From: an uncultured Methanosarcinaceae archaeon
GTDB taxonomy: Archaea > Halobacteriota > Methanosarcinia > Methanosarcinales > Methanosarcinaceae
Length of the DNA stretch: 64,000 nt
Reading direction: 5' to 3'
Assembly (NCBI GenBank): GCA_963847185.1
Contig: CAWJYV010000007.1
Location: 160,001-224,000, forward strand
The position numbers and the translations under genes are program-made. Below are positions 22,690 through 32,174 of this stretch, piece after piece (position 1 is the first letter of the stretch; each line of letters begins with the position of its first letter). Under the pieces are notes generated by a model. That model saw only the letters and a program-made list of their open reading frames with translations, did no database searches and was not told the DNA's origin.

Positions 22690-22724
22690 TTTTATCACCA
22701 TTTTTATTTCGGAGATTTTTGAAT

Positions 22725-22798
22725 CTCTTTCCACTTCTTTTCCTACTTCTCTTTCCACTTCTTTTCCTGCTTCTTTCCCTACTTCTCTTCCTACTTCC
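22725..22798. repeat. 12-bp tandem repeat (about 6 units) in the pylC-pylD spacer
   Basis: CTCTTTCCACTT, CTTTTCCTACTT, CTCTTTCCACTT, CTTTTCCTGCTT, CTTTCCCTACTT, CTCTTCCTACTT. Confidence 0.85.
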
Positions 22799-22799
22799 C

Positions 22800-23891
22800 T
22801 TATACCGCCGCTCTGAAGTTTTCCTTTAATATCAAAAGTCCTTTCCTTTTTCTTTCGCCGGCTTCTTCCCTATCCTTGCCCCAGAAGACCAGAGTAAATA
22901 CAGGATTCTCTCCTTTACAGAGGAAAATCTCAATTCCGGGTTCTTCATAATATTTCCCGTAATCAGTTCCCATAGAAAGTACCTGTTCTCCTACAGGAAT
23001 GAGAGATCCGTTTTCTCCAAGCATTAAATGTTCGTAAATGCAGTATTTGTTTTCAGGAAGAGTTTTGATTTCCTCAACACCTTCGCCAAAGGCGCGGAAC
23101 AGAAGCTCTATCAGGTTAATGCCTGAAGAATAATAGACAGCAGTTGGGGTCTGGCTTGGAAAACGAGCATCTATTTCAATTATTTTGAGCCCTTTCGGGC
23201 CTGAGATCGCTTCCACATCCATGATCCCTTTTAAGGAAAGATTTGCTGCAAGGGCATAGGATATCTCCCTGAAATCAGGGTCAAGAGGAAGAGGGGTAAC
23301 CATATGACAGTCGTAGGTTTCGTCAATATGCACAAGGGTTTCTTTTACTACAGCAAAGCGGTTTCCATCTCCGACTACTTCAAGGGAGACAACCTCTCCT
23401 TCCACGTATTCCTCAATTAGCATGCCGGATTCAAGATCTTTGAGCTCTTTTTCGTCATAAATAATCCTGGCTCCCACACTGCTGCTCTCGCAGGGAGGTT
23501 TTACAAAATAAGGGGGTTCTAAGGGTTTATCTGCCGGAGTCGGAACTCCTATGGATGCAAAATATTCTTTTGACTTCTTCTTGTCCCTGCTGATCCAGTA
23601 TGCATCAAAATCGAAGAGTACAGGGCAGGAGGACTTATCTTTTAGGGAGCTCAGAAACTCAATACATTCAAGGTTCTCGTTTACCGGTAGTAAAGCATCA
23701 GCTCTTTTTGAGAGCTCAAGGAGCTTTTCAGGCTCCTTTGTTACATCAAAACAGTAAAACTCATCAGCGTAATTCCGGATAAGTGCCTGCGGATTTTTAT
23801 CTACTACAATCACTTTCATTCCGGCTTTTTTAGAGAGATACACAGCCTCGAAGCCCTGGAGTTTTCCACCTACAAGACATATCGTTTTCAG
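22800..23891 (-). CDS. pylC: 3-methylornithine--L-lysine ligase (ATP-grasp), probable CTG start
   Basis: KTICLVGGKLQG, VKPPCESSSVG, EIDARFPSQT. CTG at 23891 gives 363 aa, the usual PylC length. Confidence 0.95.
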   Translation of the reverse strand: MKTICLVGGKLQGFEAVYLSKKAGMKVIVVDKNPQALIRNYADEFYCFDVTKEPEKLLELSKRADALLPVNENLECIEFLSSLKDKSSCPVLFDFDAYWISRDKKKSKEYFASIGVPTPADKPLEPPYFVKPPCESSSVGARIIYDEKELKDLESGMLIEEYVEGEVVSLEVVGDGNRFAVVKETLVHIDETYDCHMVTPLPLDPDFREISYALAANLSLKGIMDVEAISGPKGLKIIEIDARFPSQTPTAVYYSSGINLIELLFRAFGEGVEEIKTLPENKYCIYEHLMLGENGSLIPVGEQVLSMGTDYGKYYEEPGIEIFLCKGENPVFTLVFWGKDREEAGERKRKGLLILKENFRAAV

Positions 23892-23892
23892 T

Positions 23893-24945
23893 CTAGCACC
23901 CCAGGAAGGCTTCAAACTCATCCTGTTTGGCAGGCTCCATCCCCATAATTTCAAGCCTTTTGATCACGCTCTGGATATCTCTGTCCCGCTCTTCGAGATC
24001 ACGGTCATAGTTTGCAACACCTTCCAATCTGGAATCTGGGGGGAGGATAGAGGTAACTATATTTGCCCCTGCGTTCAGGCGGTGAACCATACCGTCTATG
24101 CCTTCAAGGTCAAGGGAGGCTGGAATAAGGCATGTGGGAAACATTAATCTGAGAATCGAGATGATTTTGAGTTCCGAGAGATTTGATTTCTCCCTGAAAC
24201 CTGAAAGTGGGGTTCCTTCCTGGGGCAGGAAGGTCATAACCCTAACCATGTCAGGATCGTTTGTTTTCATTCCTCTCAAAGATAGAATGGTTGATTCTAT
24301 GTCGTTTCCAACTCCAGTGAGAATCCCGTCTTCTATGCAATATCCCTGCTCTTTTGCAAAGCGGCGGGCGTTGACCCTTCCTTCAAATGACTGTCCAACC
24401 CTGAGTCTCTGGTAGAGTTCAGCATCATAAGTTTCCTGATAAAGGGCAAAGAAGTTTGCTCCTTTTTCCCTGGCTTTGAGAAGAGTTGCATTATCCATCA
24501 CTCCTGGAGAGATCATTATGGGAAGCTTGAGTTCTTCCTTTACCATCTGAACAAGCTCAACAAAGCGTTCAGGCTCTTCGTGGTAGTAGGGGTCTTCTCC
24601 CATGGTCAGATCAATCATGTGAAAACCTGCCCCTTTTAAGACTGTACAGATTTCTTTGATCTCCTCTCTGGCCAAACGGTAGCGGTTAATCTCGTTTTTA
24701 CAGTTATAATAACAAAAAGCACACTGATTTTTACAGTGAGTGGAGAAATAGATAAAACAGTTAAGAAATACCCTGTTGCCGAAATAGTGATTTCTCACCT
24801 TCCGGGCAGCGTAATAAAGCTTTTCCAGATCTTCTTCGGACTCAAGGGAGAGAAGAGCCCTCAGATCATTGTCAGATAATTGAAAACCTTCAATTATTTT
24901 TTCTCCGAACCTGTCAGGTTCGTCAAGTGCCATTTTTTGGATCAA
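23893..24945 (-). CDS. pylB: Methylornithine synthase (radical SAM), ends in TAG
   Basis: CKNQCAFC motif, DLTMGED, PASLD, GANIVTS. TTG start after GAGGGTGA. Confidence 0.97.
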   Translation of the reverse strand: MIQKMALDEPDRFGEKIIEGFQLSDNDLRALLSLESEEDLEKLYYAARKVRNHYFGNRVFLNCFIYFSTHCKNQCAFCYYNCKNEINRYRLAREEIKEICTVLKGAGFHMIDLTMGEDPYYHEEPERFVELVQMVKEELKLPIMISPGVMDNATLLKAREKGANFFALYQETYDAELYQRLRVGQSFEGRVNARRFAKEQGYCIEDGILTGVGNDIESTILSLRGMKTNDPDMVRVMTFLPQEGTPLSGFREKSNLSELKIISILRLMFPTCLIPASLDLEGIDGMVHRLNAGANIVTSILPPDSRLEGVANYDRDLEERDRDIQSVIKRLEIMGMEPAKQDEFEAFLGC

Positions 24946-24989
24946 AATTTCACCCTCTCATAGATTTTTCGATACTTAATCCAGCCCTT

Positions 24990-25193
24990 TTAGGGACTGG
25001 TTGCCATTTTAGTATCTTTTCCTGCTTTTTTGTAATTTTGAGTTTTTATTGTCCTGTTTTTGCCATTATTTTTCTATCCTGTTTTTACGTTCTTTTTCGC
25101 AGTTGGTTTTTTACCTTTTTTGCCAGTATATTTTTGCCATTCTATCTTTGCCAGTTTATGTTTTTGCCATTCTGTTTTTGCTCTTTTTGCCAT
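24990..25193 (-). other. Candidate Lys-rich upstream ORF with in-frame TAG, within degenerate TGGCAAAAA repeats
   Basis: ATG 25193, TAG 25074-25076, TAA 24990-24992. 13 Lys in the first 39 codons. No clear SD. Confidence 0.25.
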
Positions 25194-25250
25194 TTAAGTA
25201 TCTTTAATCCGTTTTAGTTGCTCCACATTAATTCAAACAGTTTTTTCAGC

Positions 25251-26552
<1,302 letters not shown>

Positions 26553-26762
26553 TTAAAAGCCCGGATGATTTCCAAGAAACAGTATTTCAGAATCCCGGCT
26601 TACCGAATATAAGCACGGAGCCAGCAATTTGCTGACAGCTACCCGGAAAAAGAAAGATCCCAAAAAACAGAAACAATTCATAGACTCCGGAAAATATCTC
26701 CAGAACACTATAAACAATTTCAACGGAATGTTATGTATACGTCATTCCGGGATTCGGAAACA

Positions 26763-26834
26763 TGGCGGAAACCCCGGGAATCTAACCCGGCTGAACGGAT
26801 TTAGAGTCCATTCGATCTACATGATCCGGTTTCC
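26763..26834 (-). tRNA. pylT: tRNA-Pyl (CUA anticodon, encoded CCA)
   Basis: GGAAACCGGATCATGTAGATCGAATGGACTCTAAATCCGTTCAGCCGGGTTAGATTCCCGGGGTTTCCGCCA, anticodon at 26802-26804. Confidence 0.98.
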
Positions 26835-26868
26835 TCCTGGATAAAACAGTTTGATCAAGGTTTTGTTT

Positions 26869-26885
26869 CCTATATATTTGTCTTA
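26869..26885 (-). promoter_or_regulatory. Candidate TATA box of the pyl operon
   Basis: AAATATATA about 37-45 nt upstream of the mature tRNA 5' end. Confidence 0.5.
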
Positions 26886-27121
26886 ATTAATACTATAAAA
26901 TAATATTGTTTAATATATATGTTTGTTGGTTAAATCCGGACAAAAATGGAGTTTGTATTTATATTTATCGGATGATATTTTTTGTGCAGCCATTTCAAAA
27001 AATAAGACAAATGAGTGAATCAAATGGATGAAACAAATGAGTGAAACAAAATTATAAAGAATAGATAAATGCAGGAAATAATAAGAAGAAGGAATAACAA
27101 GAAGAGGTAAGTTTCCTTCTT

Positions 27122-27862
27122 TCAAGTCTTTTCATAGAGCCCAAGAGTACTTAGAGACAGCGCAGTAGCATTTATGTCTTCTTCCTTATTTCCCCAGGCG
27201 CCGTTTTTATTAGCTTTTTTAAGGAGCCATTGGATTGAATCTTCAATCTCCTCTTTAAAGCCTGCGAGAATAAGGGCCTGAATTGCCAGATTGCTTGTGG
27301 AAATATGTTCCCAGCCTCCGTCCTGCCCTTTTCTTGAAAGGATCCACTCTCCCTTTTCCCGAATAAATGTCTCGAAATCTTTGCTTTCTGCAAGATTTTC
27401 CTGTTTTTCAAGAGCCGTAATTATAAGAGAAGTAGTCCCAACCTGTTCCCAGGCAGGGCAGTAATGTTCGTATAACCACTGGCATCCTTCTCTGTCCTGT
27501 GTTCCCATATCTGCAAGAGCTCCCAGGGCATAGGCTGTGTCATAAACATCCTCATTCCAGGAATTTTTGCTTTTTCTTGCAAGCAGCCATTTTTCTGATT
27601 CCATGTAAATTATTCCTTCAGTCGAAAGGGCTGAGCACGCTCTGGCAGTGTCCCTGAGAGATGAATTCCAGGATCCATTTTCCTGTTTAAGAATCAGTTG
27701 AGTTATGTAAGGATTCTGAAGTTTCCAGAGGGCATGAGCCGTTACTGTACTGGAAAGTTCCTTTACAGAGTTAATTTTTTGAGTAGAGAGCCATTCAAAG
27801 CCTTTTTTCACAATATCAATTTCCAGGTCGCTTAACATTTTACTGTGCTTTTCAGACTTCAT
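27122..27862 (-). CDS. Prenyltransferase/squalene-oxidase repeat (alpha-alpha barrel) protein
   Basis: Repeated WL...Q..NGSW/DGGW/NGAWG plus TA.A..AL motifs. Confidence 0.75.
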   Translation of the reverse strand: MKSEKHSKMLSDLEIDIVKKGFEWLSTQKINSVKELSSTVTAHALWKLQNPYITQLILKQENGSWNSSLRDTARACSALSTEGIIYMESEKWLLARKSKNSWNEDVYDTAYALGALADMGTQDREGCQWLYEHYCPAWEQVGTTSLIITALEKQENLAESKDFETFIREKGEWILSRKGQDGGWEHISTSNLAIQALILAGFKEEIEDSIQWLLKKANKNGAWGNKEEDINATALSLSTLGLYEKT

Positions 27863-28197
27863 CTATTAATACCTGACTGGACATCAAAAGTTCCTTACTT
27901 TTGGTAACCGTTTTCCGGAAGTCAATTCTTTATTCTTTAGGACTTACGCAGTTGAACTGAAAAACAAAAACGGAAAACACTTAACTGTATAAATCAAAAT
28001 TCTCTCTACAAGGTTGCATGTGCTTGATTTCAGCCCTCAAATGCGTAAGTCCTATCTTATTTGTTGCATTTATCTGAAAATTATATTCTATTTATTTTTT
28101 CAGGGGAAGGGTGCGCTTACAGGACTTCGACATTTGGATTCCTTCCTACCTTCTCCAAAAGTCTCCAAGCAGAGCTTTATCTTCAAATTTATGTATT

Positions 28198-28659
28198 TTA
28201 AATACTCCAAGGTCCCTTGCCATGTACGACAAGCACCGGGACTTTAGCATTCCTTACGATTTTTTCAGATACGCTTCCCAGGAGAAAACGTTCAACGTCT
28301 GTTTTCCCGAGGGAACCTACAACAATCATGTCAATATGATGTTTTTCTGCAAAATTGAGAATTTCTTCTGCAGGGTGTCCTTCAAGAATCAGAGTCTCAA
28401 CCTCTACGCCTGCTTTTTCAGCCGAGCTTTGCACATAAGAGACAGCTTCCTTCCCAGCTACTCGGAACTGAACATACATTGCTTCCTCCCACCTCGCGTC
28501 TTTGGGCATTGAAGAATAAGCAAAAGTATCGATAATATAGACTGCCTGGATTTTTGCACCTATAAGGCGAGCGAGTTCAATTCCTGTATCTGCTGCGAAT
28601 CTGGCGCCCTCAGAACCGTCGGTTGCAATCAGCATTTTTCTGTAGAACTTGCTTTCCAT
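28198..28659 (-). CDS. Universal stress protein
   Basis: LIATDGS, GHPAEEI, IVVGSLGK..LLGSVSEKIVRNAKVPVLVV. Confidence 0.95.
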   Translation of the reverse strand: MESKFYRKMLIATDGSEGARFAADTGIELARLIGAKIQAVYIIDTFAYSSMPKDARWEEAMYVQFRVAGKEAVSYVQSSAEKAGVEVETLILEGHPAEEILNFAEKHHIDMIVVGSLGKTDVERFLLGSVSEKIVRNAKVPVLVVHGKGPWSI

Positions 28660-29167
28660 ATACTTGCCCTCGAATTTTATCCTCCTATCTGAATATATAT
28701 ATTAATATTAATAATTTTCATCCTTAATATGCAATAAAAGGGCGAAGAACTTACGGAAACAAAAATATCCATTTCAAAAAACCGAATATGTTGATTTCAA
28801 TAAGGAAGATATACTTTGGAAAACCAGAGTTGATCACAGTAATTAAACAATCATACAAAAAGGGAAAAATACATAGAGTTAATTTCATTGAAAATTATAC
28901 ACGATGCCGCTATCGAAAATATTCAAGGACTAATCAGAGACGAATTTGCAGGCGTATAAGAATACTACCAGTTGACATCTTCAATTAATTTTGCAGCCTC
29001 AAACTCCGAAAAAAATATATTTTGTTTTTCCGAACTATCAGTTACTAACAGGATTTTTGTAAGATTTTCAAAATTTATTCTTATGCCTCGTTCCACTTAT
29101 TTTAAACTTCTAATTAAATGAACTGATTTTAATATAGTGAGATAATTTTATTTTCCTCGTAAGCTCA

Positions 29168-29662
29168 TTATGCTTGTATCAACTTTTTCTCACTTTTATG
29201 CCGTTCTCGAACAATCAGGACAGGGACTTTTGCGTGCCTAATAACTTTTTCAGATACGCTTCCAAGTATAAGACGGTCATATCCGCCTTTTCCAAGCGAC
29301 CCTACTATGATCATATCCATATTGTTGTCTTCTGCAAAACTCACAATCTTTTCAGCCGGATTTCCTTTAAGTATTCTGGACTCGACTTCAGCTCCTGCAG
29401 CTTTCGCAATTCTTTCTACATAAGATGTTGCTTCATACCCTGTTTTCTCATGGTCTTCAAGTACTTCCTTTGACCAGATTTGATCCAGCGGAACAGAACG
29501 GTAAGGAACAGTATCGATAACGTGTACAGCATAAATTTTTGCTCCACTACATCCAACCATTTCAATTCCGAAGTCTGCTGCTTCGTTTGCAGTTTCTGAA
29601 CCGTCGGTAGCGATCAGTATTTTTCTTTGCGGTCTGCATTCAATTTCATAAGTCTCTTCCAT
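29168..29662 (-). CDS. Universal stress protein
   Basis: KILIATDGS, GNPAEKI, GSLGKGG..LGSVSEKVIRHAKVPVLIV. Confidence 0.95.
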   Translation of the reverse strand: MEETYEIECRPQRKILIATDGSETANEAADFGIEMVGCSGAKIYAVHVIDTVPYRSVPLDQIWSKEVLEDHEKTGYEATSYVERIAKAAGAEVESRILKGNPAEKIVSFAEDNNMDMIIVGSLGKGGYDRLILGSVSEKVIRHAKVPVLIVRERHKSEKKLIQA

Positions 29663-29724
29663 GTTTACTCCCTCATACTCTGGATTTATTCTTCATATAT
29701 TCTCTCTGTACTGAATTTTTATGT

Positions 29725-29900
29725 TTTCACAGGCTCGTTGCCGTACAACAAGAATTGGGGTCTTTGCATCTATGACCATTTTTTCCGGGTATGCTACTTT
29801 TCTGGAAGCATTCAATATCTGGTTTCAGGATCGAGCCCATATAATAGCATTAATTCCCGGTTTTTCAAAATTGAGGATTTCTTTTTCCCGGCACTCCGTT
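29725..29900 (-). pseudogene. Degraded USP remnant (C-terminal half)
   Basis: Across frameshifts reads KEILNFEKPGINAII/MGSILKPDIECFQKSSIP/EKMVIDAKTPILVVRQR, matching the C-terminus of the neighbouring USPs. Confidence 0.6.
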
Positions 29901-30084
29901 AACTGCGATAGGATTTCTAGAAATTTTACCTCTATTTTCCGGCCCCACAAATTGATCCCCTATTTGAATATTGACGCACGCATATTAATAATTTTCATCA
30001 AATAACTCTTAAAAAAGGAGAAGTCTCCATAAAATGCAAAAATGAATATACTTTCAAACATAACTAAAAAGTGGAGGATAAAGC

Positions 30085-31056
30085 TTGGAAATACGCGGAA
30101 TCAAGTCGTCTCATGCCTTATTTTTGTTATTTTTTGTTATTGCCTTCGCTTTTAGTAGCGGTTGCGTCCAAGATTTTGAAGAAAGAAGTTCCTACAATAT
30201 AAGGAGTATGGACATTTCGGCAGACCGCATAGGAACTGCCTTTGTAGATCTCAATGTCACGACATATATTGAAAAATATGACGGAAATGCAGCGAAAAAC
30301 ACTTCCCTCCTTCTTAAAGCGTATAGCAAAGAAAGCGGGCTGCTTGAAGCACAGAAAGAAGTAAAACTGGAGACTATAAAAAAAGGAGAAACAAAATCAG
30401 TAAATCAGATCCTGAGTCTTCCGAAAAATGGAGGCTACTCTCTTCGTTCTGTCCTATACGAAGAAAATAAAGAAAAAAGCACTGGAGAAATCGAAGTCTA
30501 TAATCTGGACTCTCTGCCTGCAGATGTACAGGATACAGGACTTGAAATTTCCGAAATGGACTTCAGGGTAAAGGGAGTAGAAAGCGGAAAAGTCCTTGTT
30601 GAGAATGATATCTACCTGACAAATGAAGGAAGAGAGGCCAGCAATGATTTCCCTATACTTGTTAAAGTCCGGGAAATGGATGCAGGGCTTTTAGCTGATA
30701 AAATCTGGACTCAAACAGGAAAAATCGAACCCGAATCAACAGTTATCCGGAGTGTCAATCTGACAATGCCAGATCAGTACAACTACATTGTTGAAGTCTT
30801 AATCTGGAACAACGACACTATAGTCAAGCGTGGAGAAGGATATATTCAGCTAAGTCCTACAGTTAAGATTCAAGATAAAAACATCACCGAATCCCGGAAG
30901 ATTCAGACAAGCGAATTCGAAGTCAATGACGTAGTTGAAGAGATCCCAGAGCCTGAGTATGCTGAAAACGGAGGAGAAGAAACGCCTGGATTTGGCTTGC
31001 TTTTATCTACAGTCCTTCTCTGTTCGACAGTACTTTTCAGGAGGCGGTTTAAGTGA
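30085..31056 (+). CDS. Secreted surface protein with lipobox-like signal and PGF-CTERM
   Basis: Hydrophobic N-terminus ending FSSGC, C-terminus TPGF + TM helix + RRRFK. Confidence 0.8.
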   Translation: MEIRGIKSSHALFLLFFVIAFAFSSGCVQDFEERSSYNIRSMDISADRIGTAFVDLNVTTYIEKYDGNAAKNTSLLLKAYSKESGLLEAQKEVKLETIKKGETKSVNQILSLPKNGGYSLRSVLYEENKEKSTGEIEVYNLDSLPADVQDTGLEISEMDFRVKGVESGKVLVENDIYLTNEGREASNDFPILVKVREMDAGLLADKIWTQTGKIEPESTVIRSVNLTMPDQYNYIVEVLIWNNDTIVKRGEGYIQLSPTVKIQDKNITESRKIQTSEFEVNDVVEEIPEPEYAENGGEETPGFGLLLSTVLLCSTVLFRRRFK

Positions 31057-31310
31057 GTGAAGCAGAAAATACCACGTCAGAGCCAAAAAGGAATAAGACA
31101 TCAGATATGGGAGAGAACTTTAAAAAAGGAATTTTCCTCATTGCTATGTTGCTTCTCCTTATAGCAACCTTCCAGCTCTATTTTTCCATAGAGAGTATAA
31201 TCAATACGTGGTTCGAGTATCAATATATCCCTATTTTCAGGGCTGTATATAACTTCATTGTCCTTATCGTGAGCCTGTATATTATCAGACTGTATATTGT
31301 AAAACGTTGA
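31053..31310 (+). CDS. Small two-TM membrane protein
   Basis: GTGA overlap with the upstream gene, two hydrophobic segments. Confidence 0.75.
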   Translation: MSEAENTTSEPKRNKTSDMGENFKKGIFLIAMLLLLIATFQLYFSIESIINTWFEYQYIPIFRAVYNFIVLIVSLYIIRLYIVKR

Positions 31311-31400
31311 GCGTAAAAACGTTAAGTGTAGGATTGCATATAGTAAAACGTTGAGTGTAAAAACATTGAGTGCAGGATTGCATATAATAAAACGTTGAGT
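31300..31400. repeat. 44-bp tandem repeat (about 2.3 copies)
   Basis: TAAAACGTTGAG(C/T)GTAAAAAC(G/A)TT(A/G)AGTG(T/C)AGGATTGCATATA(G/A) twice, then TAAAACGTTGAGT. Confidence 0.8.
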
Positions 31401-31514
31401 ATGGTAAACTGTTGAATGAATAAAATTGAAAGAATAAACATCTAACAGGATCCTGAAGGTCTCTAAATATAAGAAATCGCTGAAAGAAACAGCTGATTTC
31501 AAGAGACCTTATTT

Positions 31515-32174
31515 TCAGGCCTCTTCAATCATTTTTTTAATGGTTTCAAGCACAAGAATTGCATCTTCTCTTTTTACGTCAACTTCATTTTTAGTGCAAA
31601 AATCTAACAGGTTTTTTCTCTGGTCTTCCGAGATAAGGCCTCTTTTATTTCCTTCTTTTGTAAGTCCGAGATAACTTCTATCCGGATAATACGTATTAAC
31701 TGCAAGTTGCAGAAGATCACTATGTTCTTTTTCGCTTATAATCCCGGCAGAGAAAGCGGCTTTCAGAGTTTCTCTCATGTTAACCAGGGGCACGGAAATA
31801 GGTTCGAAGGTGTCAGGATTTGTGCTTACGGCTACTTCATCATCTGACTCGATTATGCCATCCCTGTACCATTCGTAAACCTTTCCTACTCCTATCATCC
31901 CGTGGGTATCCAGCTCCGAAGCTCTGAGGGCTCCCATGCTGGCGCCCCCAATTACCTTTACTCCTGAATCCAGGGCAGACATAATCTCTCTGTGCCCGAC
32001 TGCAGCCCGGTCAAAAAAGATTCCGTCTATTATCCCTATGAATTTGTATCCTTTTTGCACGAATTTCTCAAGCTGGAACCTGCGCACAGGAGGCTGGTAG
32101 TTTGCCCTCAGGATCTTTTTTGCATCCTCATGAATGATGCTGTTTCCGGTAAAAATTACTGCTCTTGCCTTCAT
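31515..32174 (-). CDS. tfuA: TfuA (McrA glycine thioamidation partner)
   Basis: IIDG.F..AVGHREI, GGASMGALRASEL, DDEVAV. ATGA overlap with ycaO. Confidence 0.93.
   Translation of the reverse strand: MKARAVIFTGNSIIHEDAKKILRANYQPPVRRFQLEKFVQKGYKFIGIIDGIFFDRAAVGHREIMSALDSGVKVIGGASMGALRASELDTHGMIGVGKVYEWYRDGIIESDDEVAVSTNPDTFEPISVPLVNMRETLKAAFSAGIISEKEHSDLLQLAVNTYYPDRSYLGLTKEGNKRGLISEDQRKNLLDFCTKNEVDVKREDAILVLETIKKMIEEA

Noticed and set aside
22690-22870. PylC-PylD fusion by -1 frameshift
   Set aside because: The -1 frame is open, but PylC ends at its normal length, pylD has its own SD and ATG, and no convincing slippery site with a stimulator is visible.
24927-25217. Phe-rich 96-aa ORF on the plus strand
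   Set aside because: Antisense to the pyl operon and explained by the T-rich repeats.
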